DNA of 63,793 bases, counting the filler, from Octopus bimaculoides (lineage: Eukaryota): NCBI RefSeq assembly GCF_001194135.2. It is 5 parts of 5 records of this genome, joined end to end, with 100 filler letters (N's around TTAATTAATTAA, not from the genome) between each part and the next. Parts side by side here need not be neighbours in the genome. Positions count along the whole stretch, not along the records: positions 47,916 to 61,492 come from NC_068982.1; positions 61,593 to 63,793 come from NW_026357280.1; 3 more parts are not named here. One strand, written 5' to 3'. Every line of letters begins with the position of its first letter. Positions within the stretch are counted from its first letter, which is position 1. This document shows, piece by piece, positions 51,554 through 63,793 of this stretch. The notes below the pieces were generated by a model. The model saw only the letters and a program-made list of their open reading frames with translations, ran no database searches and had not been told where the DNA came from. Position numbers and translations under genes: made by a program.

Positions 51554-51693
51554 CAGGCTTCTTTCAGTATCTGTCAACCAAATTGCCTGAGGCTATAGCA
51601 GAAGACATTTGCTCAAGGTGCCATGCAGTGGGACTGAACTGAGAACCATGTGCTTGGAACGCAAGCTTCTTACCATATAACCACGTCTGTGCT
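51303..51693 (-). mobile_element. SINE family A
   Basis: tttacttgtttcagtc...gcggccatgctggagc tail, (AC)n insert, ctcaaggtgccatgcagtgggactgaac head region. Confidence 0.88.
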
Positions 51694-51967
51694 TATGAGA
51701 AATTACTTTATATTTCTATTAAGACAACTGGAAATTTTATTATTTTGTAAAGAACAAATGACTTTACATTGTACTTTGTGACCTAGAAATGACTCTTGAG
51801 CGGATCATACAGTCAGGTGTTGTTGTTTAATAGAGAAAGAGTTCAATTCAAGTGTTAATCAAGCCATGACTAAAGGTATTCAAAATAGCATCAGAATTAA
51901 GCAATACTGTCAATTTGAGGTCAGACGGGTATCCACTGGAGCATTTTTTTTCTCAAATCTCTCAATT

Positions 51968-52390
51968 CATCATCATCATCATCATCATCGTTTAACGTCC
52001 GCTTTCCATGCTAGCATGGGTTGGACGATTTGACTGAGGACTGGTGCAACCGGATGGCTACACCAGGCTCCAATCTAAATTGGCAGAGTTTCTACAGCTG
52101 GATGCCCTTCCTAACGCCAACAACTCAGAGAGTGTAGTGGGTGCTTTTACGTGTCACCCGCACGAAAACGGCCACGCTCGAAATGGTGTCTTTTATGTGC
52201 CACCCGCACAAGAGCCAGTCCAGGGGCACTGGCAACGATCTCGCTCGAAAACCCTACAAGGCCAGTCAGGCGGTACTGGCAACGGTCACGCTCAGGATGG
52301 TACATCTTATGTGCCACCCTCACAAGAGCCAGTCCAGGGGCCCTGGCAACGATCTCACTTGGCTTGCTGGGTCTTCTCACGCACAGCACA
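51968..52390 (-). mobile_element. 5'-truncated RTE LINE 3' end with internal module duplications
   Basis: 52350-52390 in reverse reads tgtgctgtgcgtgagaagacccagcaagccaagtgaga, nearly identical to the end of the RTE ORF at ~35457-35490; gtgccacc(c/t)gcacaagagccagtccagggg..ctggcaacgatctc module is repeated. Confidence 0.88.
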
Positions 52391-52804
52391 GGCGACCTAC
52401 AAGCAGCATAATAGTCAGAAGCGTAGTTCCCAGCCAGAATCTAAATGGCCCTTGGAGGTTTGTATCAGATTTTGTTGTTAAAATCAATGTGCTATATACT
52501 GGTTATGTTTCTACAATACACAAAATATTTAAACATTTTTGTACAATTCCTAAAATTATTTAGTCATGAAAATATAATGGGAGTTTTTTAACATCGAATG
52601 GCTATGATACACCTGACCCCACTCCTGAGTAAAATAGGAACCCAAGGGGTTCATAGTGTTGTGATTTCATGTAATTATGTAGATTGTAGAAAGGCTTTCT
52701 GATGTATTTTATAATTCTCAGATACAGCTGTTTGATTACCTAAAATAGCAATGGAATTTGAACCCATTTCACCTGACTTTGTACATTTAGAGTATAATAA
52801 AGTG

Positions 52805-53030
52805 TTATTAGAATATTCTTTTCTACTCTAGGCACAAGGCCTGAAATTTTGTGGGAGGGTACCAGTTGATTAGATCGACCCCAGTTTGCGACTGGTACTT
52901 TATTTATTGACCCCGAAAGGATAAAATGCAAAGTCGACCTCGGCGGAATTTGAACTCAGAGCGTAAAGACAGACGAAATACCTCTAAGCATTTCATCCAG
53001 TTGCTAATGATTCTGCCAGCTCGCCGCCTT
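52805..53030 (-). mobile_element. SINE family B, full length
   Basis: ggcacaaggcc...ctggtactttatttattgaccccgaaaggataaaatgcaaagtcgacctcggcggaatttgaactc...ctgccagctcgccgcctt. Confidence 0.9.
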
Positions 53031-55514
53031 AGAGTTATTAGAATATTAAATGGAAAGTAAAAATGAATGAATTCAATATTAAACAGGTGAATATATTGGT
53101 TCATTTGTTTAAATATGTAGACTCTTCTTTTGTTTGAATTTGTGGACTTGTGCTGGATATTAATAATGTATAGTTGTATCTTACTGAATAAGTATAAATT
53201 AAAGTGTGTATACTGTTTTCAAGAGCTAGTAGAATTGTATGCAAATAAAAGCCTAAGTTCATTGCTTTCTTTTACAAACTGTCGGTATACTTTGCATAGG
53301 AAAAAAATGGTTGACAACCACTGATTTGGTGATTAAGATTGAGATTGTTGATAGTGCTTCATGAAAATCTTTTCCTAGTTATTAGTAAATGGTTATATTT
53401 TCTTGATGAATGTATGCATTAAATGTATGATAATGTATGCATTAAATGTATGATAATGCAGGGGAAAGAAAAAGAGCAGAAGAATGCTGATATAGCTTCA
53501 ATGGGTGAAGAGTATTATGATACACTTCATAGACATTGTGAACTTTGGGGATTCTCTCCTGGTGACCCCATCCACTTAATAAACTGAGACAGATATTTAA
53601 AAGATCATCCAACAACTGAGATACAACTTTTCTGATAAGGATATGGATATCATTTGATTTTTATCAACTTGGGCATTTCAAATGATACGATAGGGTTAAG
53701 ACATGGTAGAATATTCTCTGCCTAATTTCTGCTGATATTGTAATGTATATATTTACATCGTTGGTGATAATTATGGTTGCATAATTGATGATGCTAATGT
53801 CTGGATGTGATGTGTTGATAGTAATGACATCAACATATTTTGCCACCTTTATTTGTTATATTTGGGATGGAGAAGAGTTAGACAATTGTCTGTATAAATG
53901 TTGAAAAGAGCATGGAAGAGAGAAAATATCCATGGGGAGTTGGAATCGTTTTGGAATTACCTGTTACCTGCTGCCTCTGCTTTCCTTTCTGAAATGTAGT
54001 TTGAATGAAATTGTTTTGTATTTTATTTAATTTAATATTCATTCTGTATGTTGATTTATTTAAAAATGTCTGCAATGAAAGACAATGATTCTGTGGTATG
54101 TGTGAATGTATAGAGATGACCAGCTTGTTTATTTGAAAAAAAAAAAAAAAGATTGTGGGTTTAAAGAGATTTCTATTACATCAGCTGATATTCATAATAT
54201 CCTTACTTTCTGAATAGGAAGAAAATATTTTCAACACCATCAAATATAACATATATGGCAGGAGATGGCAATAAAAGTAACATTTACTAAAAAAATACAG
54301 CCATACAGTAGCACCATAGCTATGCAATCTGCAAGTCCTGTCATTAAATAAAATAATTAAGAGCCAGTAAGGTAGCTTCTCCTTGGCGGTTTATCCTGTT
54401 AAAAATAATAACTAAAATGCCTTCAAATGAGAACCACCCTATACATAGGCTCAGGAACAGGGGGGATGCAGGGACCCCCACCCCACTAACATTTTTGCGG
54501 ACCAATAAAAATGCTTTGAACATCTTGGGTTGCACCTGGGTTTGCAACCCTGAGACTCTGTTGTCTTGAAAAGGAAACAACACATTGTAATTGTAGTCCT
54601 AACAATAAATATTAGCTGGGATGGTCATGAGTGGAACACTTTTGATCATAAGTGTTCTCAGTCTATACTGACTTTAGACCTTAAAAGTGAGAGTATATTA
54701 CAAAGGGAAACATCAGAAATATACTCGTCATAATTCCTTCCACCTCAACTTACATGGTGGCTGTATTCTCTCATGACTTTATGTAAATAAGTCTCCCATG
54801 TTTAATTTATACGACATGACACCTACATAACATTATTCATCTCTTTAGCTGTGCTCCATTTAATAAACATAACAATGAGCCATTACCTTTAAAACATGCC
54901 CCACATAAAAAGTAATAGACTGTTCTTCAGACTGAAATAAATAGTATAAGCATGTAGGTAGTCTGATACTCTTACAAAAATTCATGTGGCATAACAGTGT
55001 TTCTTTTTTTTTTTCTTTTGCTGTATCCCCCATCCCCCTTCTTGTTCACCATGTTGATTTCCCCTGACACGATAAGTAAAGTGTAGTCCCCTATACAACA
55101 TGGTTTATTGTATCACATTAGCATCTTTATATTAATTTAACATTAACATCCTCAATAGATCTCACGAAGGCAGTGAGATTACTGATAAAGAATTTCTCAA
55201 CCTAAAACAATTTCCTTGCTGTAGAATCCTCAAATTTTCTTCTAGAATCCTGAAATTCCAGTCCCACCCCTAGAAAATTTCAGTTGTAGAATGAAAGAAT
55301 ACATAAATGAAGGAATGGTTGATTGATTAATGATTATGATGATAATGATGGTGAAGTAGTGCTGTCAGCATGAGTAGCAATGAGTTAGCATTTGCTTGAA
55401 AAACAACACAATTACTGATGTTCTTAAAGTGGGTGGAACATATAAATGAAAATCTGTATGAAGTGATGTTTCTCCTAATATAATAATGATTGTAGTGCTT
55501 TTATATATTTGTAC

Positions 55515-55584
<70 letters not shown>

Positions 55585-55866
55585 NNNNNNNNNNNNNNNN
55601 NNNNNNNNNNNNNNNNNNNNNNNNNNNNNNNNNNNNNNNNNNNNNNNNNNNNNNNNNNNNNNNNNNNNNNNNNNNNNNNNNNNNNNNNNNNNNNNNNNNN
55701 NNNNNNNNNNNNNNNNNNNNNNNNNNNNNNNNNNNNNNNNNNNNNNNNNNNNNNNNNNNNNNNNNNNNNNNNNNNNNNNNNNNNNNNNNNNNNNNNNNNN
55801 NNNNNNNNNNNNNNNNNNNNNNNNNNNNNNNNNNNNNNNNNNNNNNNNNNNNNNNNNNNNNNNNNN

Positions 55867-55898
<32 letters not shown>

Positions 55899-55900
55899 CT

Positions 55901-55995
55901 TTGGAGCCTGGTGCAGCCTTCTGGCTTGCCAGTCCTCAGTCAAATCGTCCAACCCATGCTAGCATGGAAAGCGGACGTTAAACGATGATGATGAC

Positions 55996-56037
<42 letters not shown>
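55901..56037 (+). mobile_element. RTE-type 3' end with (GAT)n tail
   Basis: ttggagcctggtgcagccttctggcttgccagtcctcagtcaaatcgtccaacccatgctagcatggaaagcggacgttaaac(gat)n. Confidence 0.88.
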
Positions 56038-56038
<1 letters not shown>

Positions 56039-56889
56039 TATACATATATTTGTCCAAAATCACGGAGTAGGAGAAAGAGTAATGTAAGTGAAGGGAGAGA
56101 AGAGAAAATAGTAATTCAGTGAAGGAGAAGTAGTGAGAGTAATAGCTCTGACTGAGAGAGAGTGAGAGAAAGTAATAGCCATGAGAGAGAGGAAATGACA
56201 AAGAGCATGCCGTGTATCTTCTGTTTTTCTCTGTCACAACATATGAATGAGAAAGGAAGGGGTGGTAGATGAATAATGAAGGAAGGGGTGAAAAAAATCA
56301 GCGTTTCAACTCTGTGTAAGTATATGTGTGTGTATGTAAAAGGGAGATATGTGAATGCTTGTGTGTGTGTGCAGTGGAAGTGGGATGGAGAACGTTCAAC
56401 GCTGAAAAGAAAAATCAAACAGCATTTCAACTTTGTTCATGTATATGTATGTGTGTGCGTGTACAAGGGAAGTATGTAAATGTTTGCATCAGTGATTAGA
56501 TTATTATGTACCTTATTCTGTACCTTATTCATATATAAAATATTACAATTAGCTGTCATATTTGACGGTACAGGGTCAACTAGTGTTTGTATAATTGTGT
56601 AAGTGTATGCTTATTTGTCTGTATTACTTGACTTTATTTAAGTATTCCTGTACATTTGTTACCAACGTCCTATGTGTTTCCTTTATGTTTGTACACATCA
56701 AATTACTGTAATCGGTATGTTGGGTAGATAAGAATGACCCGGTAATGAAATTTGAGAGATAGATAACTGAAATTAAAGCGGATCTACAAATTCTTAATTT
56801 AAACTGCAGAGTTTCATAACTGTTGAAAAATATCAACTGTAAATAGATTGTTCATCTGTATACATCCATTTTAAATGTGTTCCTTTCTT

Positions 56890-57092
56890 TTATTCTTTTC
56901 TTTTACTTGTTTCTGTCACTTTGAGTGTGGCCATGCTGGAGCACCACCTTTTAGTCAATGTCTACCAAATCCATTCACAAGGCTTTGGTCAGCCCAAGGC
57001 TATTGTAGAAGACACTTGCCCAAGGTACTATGCAGTGGACCTGAACTCAGAACCATGTGGTTAGGAAGCAAGCTTCTTACCACACAGTCATG

Positions 57093-57095
<3 letters not shown>
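56890..57095 (-). mobile_element. SINE family A with internal deletion
   Basis: Tail joined directly to the gtctaccaaatccattcacaaggc segment; microsatellite and central module absent. Confidence 0.8.
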
Positions 57096-57162
<67 letters not shown>

Positions 57163-57169
57163 TATAAGA

Positions 57170-57248
57170 GGTCTGACCACTAAGAAAAATTGTTCTCAAG
57201 AAAATTCGGCAAAATTCAGAGAACAATTTTTATCTTAGTGGTCAGACC
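57170..57248. repeat. Inverted repeat, 28-30-bp arms, 21-nt spacer
   Basis: ggtctgaccactaagaaaaattgttctc (57170-57197) and gagaacaatttttatcttagtggtcagacc (57219-57248); 2-nt indel. Confidence 0.92.
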
Positions 57249-57364
57249 ATATGGAGTCTACATTTAGCATATTGGATGTCCACCTAGTGCTCATCCCTCT
57301 TATTTGTATGTATTATAATTTTTCTGAATCTTCAGATATTTTCAATATACTAGGCCACTGGTTT

Positions 57365-57395
57365 AAATTGATATTAATCAAATTAATATCAATTT
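57365..57395. repeat. Perfect 14-bp palindrome with 3-nt loop
   Basis: aaattgatattaat-caa-attaatatcaattt. Confidence 0.9.
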
Positions 57396-57432
57396 TTACT
57401 CCTATTATTTAAATATATATATATATATATAT

Positions 57433-57538
57433 AAAGAATTTCTTTAATTGGGCAGGAATACCTAGAAATCATAAAAATCAACTAATTTGGTAGAAGTCAC
57501 AGTTCCTAGGTATTCCTGCCCAGTTAAAGAAATTCTTT
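57433..57538. repeat. Inverted repeat, 33-bp arms (1 mismatch), 40-nt spacer
   Basis: aaagaatttctttaattgggcaggaatacctag (57433-57465) and ctaggtattcctgcccagttaaagaaattcttt (57506-57538). Confidence 0.93.
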
Positions 57539-58210
57539 GATGAGCAGTGTATGTCAGGGAAACTACTCTTACAGCTGTCTGGTGTTATGTTTGCAGTAGA
57601 TGTTTTAAAAACAATAATAATATCAGATCAAAAACAGAAGAGAAAACAGATAAGTAGAGTCACTCACAAAATATTTAACCTTAATTTTAGTATTTCTCCC
57701 TAGTGTTATGAAGTGAGTGGGGAATATTATTCCATACTTGACCTCATATGGGATTTGTAGACAAGATGACTAGCTTCAACAAAATTCTCGGGCTTTTAGA
57801 TGTCAGTATTATGAACAAAGATCATCTTGTATTAGGAAACTAGATTTTTATGAGAGTGATATTGAGGTTATAGTTAAGTAGTGAAATTAAAATTAAAAAA
57901 AAAAAAATTTTATTCCTGCATTGTTTCAATTTGAATAACAAAATTATCCTGTCAAATTGTAATTAGATCTAACAAAAGATTTTGTTTCAGTCTTTTACCG
58001 AATAATTGAAAAGAAATTTGAGTAGAGTCTGAAAGCAAAAAGATTTGGGGAGATGGTTTCTAAAGGATTCATAGAAAAATACATTTCAGCTTGTCATATC
58101 AATTATACCGGATGACCTTAAACATGAGTTTAAGTAACATATCCAAAATGTTTTTTTTTTAAATAATAAGGTGAATTCTTAAATTAATGTATAAAATGAT
58201 AGTAAATTCT

Positions 58211-58312
<102 letters not shown>

Positions 58313-58768
58313 TAAAAATAATTAACATAGGATAATGATAATAATAACAACCACTTCATAGTATCTCCAACAATTATTTTCTTATTTTGACTTTAAATAA
58401 CATTTTCACCTTCCAGTCAAATAATTCCAGAATATTTTCCATTGGTTTGTTTGTCTAAAATAATTCCAATAATCTTTATTCCAGTATTTCCTAATTAAAG
58501 TAAATAACAACCAACCATTAATTCTTTTATGTCTATTTTTAAAAGTTAATTAGAGGGAATCTATTGAATTTTTGGGCCTGGTTAGTAATTATTGTGGGTG
58601 TCACTGAAAAATATGCTGGCTATATTATATAGGACAAATGTAACAATATCAAAGTTAATGACTGGATTTTTAATTAATTTTTATCTTCTTGGTTTTACAT
58701 CTTAGTTTGTGACCTTTTTAAACTAAAGAAAAAATATCATAAAGCATTTAAATTTACTTTGCATTATA

Positions 58769-58895
58769 CAGGGTGTCCACAAAGTCTGGGTACATGAGGA
58801 TTAACACATACTTTAATAAATTATTATTTCTTATATTTAATTGTTTATGTTATGATTTTATTTACTCCATGTACCCAGACCTTGTGGACACCCTG
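58769..58895. mobile_element. Tc1/mariner-type MITE (127 bp)
   Basis: 28-bp TIRs cagggtgtccacaa(a/g)gtctgggtacatg with 1 mismatch; TA on both sides. Confidence 0.88.
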
Positions 58896-59210
58896 TATAA
58901 TGGCTTATGAGACAATATTACATCTAAAAATCAATGTAACTAATTGACTGTGGATAAAATTAGTTAAATGTTGTGGAAGGTGGACACTTAAAATTGAGTG
59001 ATATATTGATTGTTTTAAAGCCTCTCAGATTTTCAGGAGATTGGATATTGATGCAGTTTTCGTGTTATTATTTTTCTAAGGAAATAGAGATGGAAAAAAA
59101 AAAAAGAGCAAGATTTTCAATTGGAAATCAAAAGAAAATCATACATTCAAATTTTAAAGAATTTACCTCTGTAGAAAAAAGGAAAAAAGGAATAAAGAAA
59201 ACTAGCCCTC

Positions 59211-59519
59211 TGCCAGTTGTGCTGATAAGGGTTCCAGTTGATCCGATCAATGGAACAACTTGCTCGTGAAATCAATGTGCAAGTGGCTGAGTACTCCACA
59301 GACAAGGATACCCTTAATTTAGTTCTCAGATAGATTCAGTGTGACACAGAGTGTGACAAGGCTGGCCCCTTGTGAATTACAGGTACAACTCATTTTTGCC
59401 AGCTGAATGGACTGGAGCAACGGGAAATAGAATTTCATGTTGAAGGACACAAGGTGTTGCTGGGAATTGAACTCATAACCATAGAGTCATGGATTGAATT
59501 CCCTAACCACTAAGTCATG
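59211..59519 (-). mobile_element. SINE family C
   Basis: Collinear with 16094-16407 (gtgacacagagtgtgacaaggctggccc, tttgccagctgaatggactggagcaacg). Confidence 0.88.
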
Positions 59520-59900
59520 TGCATACATGACATGTGTATATAACATAAAATAATGATTTCTTTTCTTTACCACAAGGATGGGGAATGAAAGGACATTAGA
59601 ATAAGAAATTAGTAAAGCAATGAGAGTTTTAATGCAATTATTATATATATAAAAAAAAAAACTGTCATGGAAAATAACTGTATACAAAAGTAATTCGATG
59701 AGCCAGCAATGCTTGGATAGCAAATGAATGTCTGCAACGTGGTTTCATGACTCCACACCTGTAGATTAATCCCAAACTTGGAATGCCTCAATAAAGACGC
59801 CAGTCATTCTATCCAGGAGACTATGGATAACATCCAGAAGTTTTTGTTCTGTAAGGACGAAAAGTAAAATTGACTTCGGTGGTATAATAATGATAATAAT

Positions 59901-60175
59901 AACAAGAGTACTCAAAGAGCACAAACCTCCACCAAGGCAATACCAACGTCCTCTCAACGAGAGATGATTTTTAAAATGAGAATATCTGAAATATACTTGA
60001 TTGCTCTCACAAATGAGAATACTAAAATTGAACCTGATGCTCTCAAAAATTAAGTAAAAAAATTGGAAAAATAATCCAATATCTTGTTTGGTACCGGATG
60101 GATCCCCAAATCTAATTAGTTCATGCCGATCATGGGGTCAGACGTCCCTGAAAGTTTCATTTGAATCCATCCAGC
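59901..60175 (+). mobile_element. Putative Helentron-associated (HINE/DINE-1-like) element, 5' part
   Basis: aacaagagtactc...acctcc.ccaaggc start and ggatccccaaatctaattagttc...gaaagtttcatttgaatccatcc. Family assignment is from recalled resemblance only. Confidence 0.4.
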
Positions 60176-60320
60176 TCTGTAAAATGGTTGGCAACCATAG
60201 AAACCATGCCAAAACAGACTAGTGGAGCTCGGTGCAGCTCTCTGACTTGACAGCTCCTGCCAAAGTGTCCAGCACAGAAAATGGACGTTAAATGATGGTG
60301 ATGATGATGATGATGAGGGA
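60176..60320 (+). mobile_element. RTE-type 3' end, diverged, with decayed (GAT)n tail extending to ~60460
   Basis: ggttggcaac...tggagctcggtgcagctctctgacttg...aatggacgttaaatgatggtgatg. Confidence 0.7.
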
Positions 60321-60529
60321 TGATGATGATAATGATGAGTGATGATGAGGAGTAATGGTGATGATGATGATTAGTGATGATGAATTATGAGTGATGATAA
60401 ATGATGAGTGATGATGATGAGTGTTGATGATGAATGATGATGACGACGAGTGATGATGTACCATTTAACAATCCTCTGCCAGTATTTCCACCACCATATA
60501 TGACGATGAACTTCCATGCTAGTTACACA

Positions 60530-60660
60530 AACCAAATTTCACTCAGAAAGTACTAGTCAGCCTGTGGGTATAGGTAGAAGACACTTTCCCCTGCTGCTAC
60601 ACTGTGGGATTGAACCTAGAACCACTTGGTTACAAAGTAAATTTCTTAGCCACAGAGACA
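60530..60660 (-). mobile_element. SINE family A head fragment
   Basis: ccaaatttcactca...gtagaagacactt...gtgggattgaacctagaaccac. Confidence 0.65.
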
Positions 60661-60929
60661 TTGAGTTATTTGAATGATATTTTTTTTCTTCTTCATTTGA
60701 TGTACTTTTAGTTTAATAACAGGGTCTGTTTGAGCGTCTGAAATTAACCATTGCCATTCACATGTTTTGCAGTCAGTTTTTTTAAGCTATGTTCAAATAT
60801 GGTTCTTCAAGCTATGTTTATCTATTTTAATTTTAACTCATTTCAGGTCAGTTCTAACCACCATTTATCCAATATCTCTAATTATTGAAAATCCAAGATA
60901 CACCTTCCCTACCATTCTCCATAATTAGG

Positions 60930-61450
60930 CTCATTATATGTCTCTAGTTTTTCTGCTCGCATTGAGAGACAATGATAATCATCTTATTGCACTCGATAGT
61001 TTCAGCTTTTCTACTGTAATTTGTTATATTTCATTGCAAGATTGAAAATAATATTATATCTCTGAGAGGATATAATCTTCATTTCCATGCTAAAATATTT
61101 CATTAACAAGCTGGAGTAATTTAAATCTGCTTTAGTCATTGCTGATTCTAACAACCTGAACACAGTATTTCCTTCTGCTAGCAATTGATAAGAAGTCATA
61201 AATAGCTGGATCACATTACATCTTCAAGGAAACTATTACTGCAATTTTCTGTTTGCAATATAGGCAGCATCTGCTAAAGCCTTATAAACTATAATTACCA
61301 GTATATATATGGAGTATTACTATAACGCTTGTAGCTCTTTCTTGTATTACTTGCATACAGACACTGTCTGTACTATTCTGTCTGATAATGGCATTTCTTT
61401 TTGTTTCTACTTTAAATCTCACACCCTCTAAATTAGCGTTGGCATTCTTT
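60930..61450 (-). pseudogene. Very decayed LINE RT remnant, probably RTE-like
   Basis: Weak motif order on the minus strand: YKALADAAYIA (like LLFADD), VVRISND*SRFKLLQ (like GLxISxKKT), TVEKLKLSSAI (like VDKFxYLGS). Confidence 0.35.
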
Positions 61451-62154
61451 AACTTTAACTCCCTTGAGGTATATATATATATATATATATATNNNNNNNN
61501 NNNNNNNNNNNNNNNNNNNNNNNNNNNNNNNNNNNNTTAATTAATTAANNNNNNNNNNNNNNNNNNNNNNNNNNNNNNNNNNNNNNNNNNNNTATATATA
61601 TATATATACATATACATATGTGCATGGATATATGGATATATGAGTGTACAAAACTCCTTTTATACCGATGTATATGTCATAAAACCATCTTATTGCATTC
61701 ATACAATCACTTGTATGGTGGCGTAGTGATCTTTTCGGAAGATAATATCCATCAGAGGCATCAAACGACCCGAAAATCTGATATAAATATATTCATATAT
61801 ATTTACTTATGGAATTACGTACTCATGTAGAGACACATACATATATACACACACGCAGTCACTCGGTAACATATATATACATACATACATATATGTATGG
61901 GGCAACACCCTGAAACTAGTCTAGTCTGCAGATGCCAAACCAGCAGGGGGACACTGCTGACCTCCCCTGTTCGAAGGTTATAAAGGACACAGGTTTCGTG
62001 TGTCACATAGCTAGCTAGAGGCGATGGCTTCTTGGAGCTAATTCACGGCAGCTTTCGTCCTAATTTTGGGACTGCCATGTTGGCTTGGCGATAACTATTA
62101 ATTTCCAGTACCGCTGCCGTAGTCTCCTTTAGAGAGACTTAGAAATATTAATAA

Positions 62155-62192
<38 letters not shown>

Positions 62193-62229
62193 ATACACCA
62201 CAAACACTCACACACATACATTTATATTC

Positions 62230-62437
62230 TTTTTTTATTCTTTTATTCGTTTCAGTTATGTAAATGCGGCCAGTCGATTAAGTCGACTCTAGTACGCAAC
62301 TGGTACTTAATCTATCGACCGCGAAAGGATGAAAGTTAAAGTCAACCTCGGCGGAATTTGAACTCAAAACGTAAAGACAGATGAAATACCGCTAAGCATT
62401 TCACCCGGCGTCCTAACGTTTCTGTCACCTTACCGCT
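62230..62437 (-). mobile_element. Hybrid SINE: family B head and body with family A tail
   Basis: B sequence to gtcgacttaatcgact, joined to ggccgcatttacataactgaaacgaataaaagaat (A-type tail). Confidence 0.7.
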
Positions 62438-62447
62438 TTTGGTTTAC

Positions 62448-63290
62448 AATGGTTCGCGACGCTGAAGAGTCGGTGAAATCCTACAGAGGTTGTGCCGTTG
62501 CAGCCAAATAACCATCGTTAAAATTCCAACCGTGGCCTAAATTCGACAGTCTATGGATCAAGTTTCATTCAGATTTTGCTTGACCCGTAAATGGTGCGTA
62601 TTACCTGATGGTAGCGGACAGTTATACTAAGTGGCCGGAAATATGTAGATGAAGGAATCCAGCCTCTACGGTAACAAGAGAATTTCTTCATGAACTCACT
62701 CCAAGATATGGTGTCCCGGACACCATAGTATTCGATAACGATGCGCAGTTTACGGCGCATGAGTTTTAAAATATTTGCAAGATGTATGCAACTGAGCACA
62801 TTTCTACTCCACCGTTTCACCTAAAATCATACGGGCAAGTGGATGATTCGTGAATACATTTAAAAGAGCATTAAAGAAATTTATGGATTTATGGGATAAC
62901 ATCAAATGCAAAAAGTTGTTCGGACAAGTCGCCTGCGCAACTAATGTTTGCTCGAAAAATGAAGTCAATTTTGATAAGATGTTACCTGTAAGAAAAACAA
63001 ATAGTAAATATAGTAAAAGTACGATAAAGTATTTTAATATCGGTCACAAGGTGCTTTTTCAAAATATATAAAAATAGAAGAGAATTTTGGGAAGATAATA
63101 GATATACGGGAAAAAGAAAACAGGTACCCATGGAAGTGCTCTATGATATCTTTGATCTTCCAACACCACAAGAAGTCGAAACTACGCGTAACGGCACAAG
63201 AAACAAGAGTGAAACAGAACTGTTGAAGTAGTGAATAAATGGAAGAAATATTAAACTTCCCTAAGAAGAAAGTCTTTAAAAAGGAGACGT
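62448..63290 (+). pseudogene. Ty3/Gypsy integrase remnant
   Basis: KFQPWPK..W..FHSDFA*PVNGAYYLMVADSYTKWPE, RYGVPDTIVFDNDAQFT, TPPFHLKSYGQ, FKRALKK; stops and frameshifts. Confidence 0.92.
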
Positions 63291-63368
63291 GGTGAAAGAA
63301 AAATAATAATAATCATAAAATTATTAAAATATTAACTCCCAACAGAAGTCAATCTGAAAGGAGGGAGA

Positions 63369-63643
63369 TGTTGTGGCGAGTGTCATTGATACGCCTGTGG
63401 GATTGGAAGAATGGCCTAGCCGAAATCTTATAAAAAGTAATCGTATTGCTTGAGACGAGAGTGAAGTCGTAGGAAGTCGTTGAGGATTCGAAGAAATCGT
63501 TGAGAAGCTGTTGAGATTGGTGAGAGTTTGTATTTACTGGAATATAGTGTTTAGTGGAATAATTTGAAGTACATCGTGTGAAGACGGTCGTGTCTATCCC
63601 CACTTCATGAAATCTGTATATCCAACCTATAGAAGGATACAAA
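63369..63643 (+). mobile_element. Putative 3' LTR of the Gypsy element
   Basis: Polypurine tract gaaaggagggaga (63356-63368) directly followed by TGTTGT; right end inferred near gatacaaa before the microsatellite. Confidence 0.6.
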
Positions 63644-63679
63644 TATATATACACACACACGCTTGCACACACACACACA

Positions 63680-63715
<36 letters not shown>

Positions 63716-63793
63716 TATATATATATATATGTGTATGTATGGAGTATATGTATATACGCTTGTATATATACATACATACATATATATATATAT

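Noticed and set aside
52044-52563. Overlapping ORFs open in several frames
   Set aside because: Explained by the GC-richer duplicated modules of the RTE 3' UTR.

Overview
AT-rich, gapped, microsatellite-saturated metazoan DNA. The SINE and LINE families look like those I know from octopus genomes (an inference, not a database result). I cannot identify a host gene with confidence, and most tracked ORFs are translated microsatellites or N gaps. The window is mostly a transposable-element graveyard: at least three tRNA-headed SINE families and a hybrid between two of them; decayed LINEs (RTE, R4/Dong with a nested Dong junction, Tx1/L1-like, HERO-like); a Penelope-like RT remnant; a near full-length dead Tc1 element; a Gypsy integrase with PPT and 3' LTR; mariner- and piggyBac-type MITEs; and non-autonomous Helitron-like elements. 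The best lead is a ~240-bp repeat carrying a type I hammerhead ribozyme core. It occurs three times, two copies form a ~440-bp fold-back, and one copy keeps an intact catalytic core. Other hammerhead-like motifs occur at 31.2, 41.9 and 45.4/46.2 kb, the last pair in a 785-bp-period pseudo-LTR-like unit. Secondary leads are a dense TALE (Meis/Pbx/Hox) motif cluster at 22.1-22.4 kb, several long fold-back hairpins, and a phase-compatible chain of candidate small exons on the minus strand at 52.6-58.7 kb. Coordinates were read by eye and element ends are approximate.
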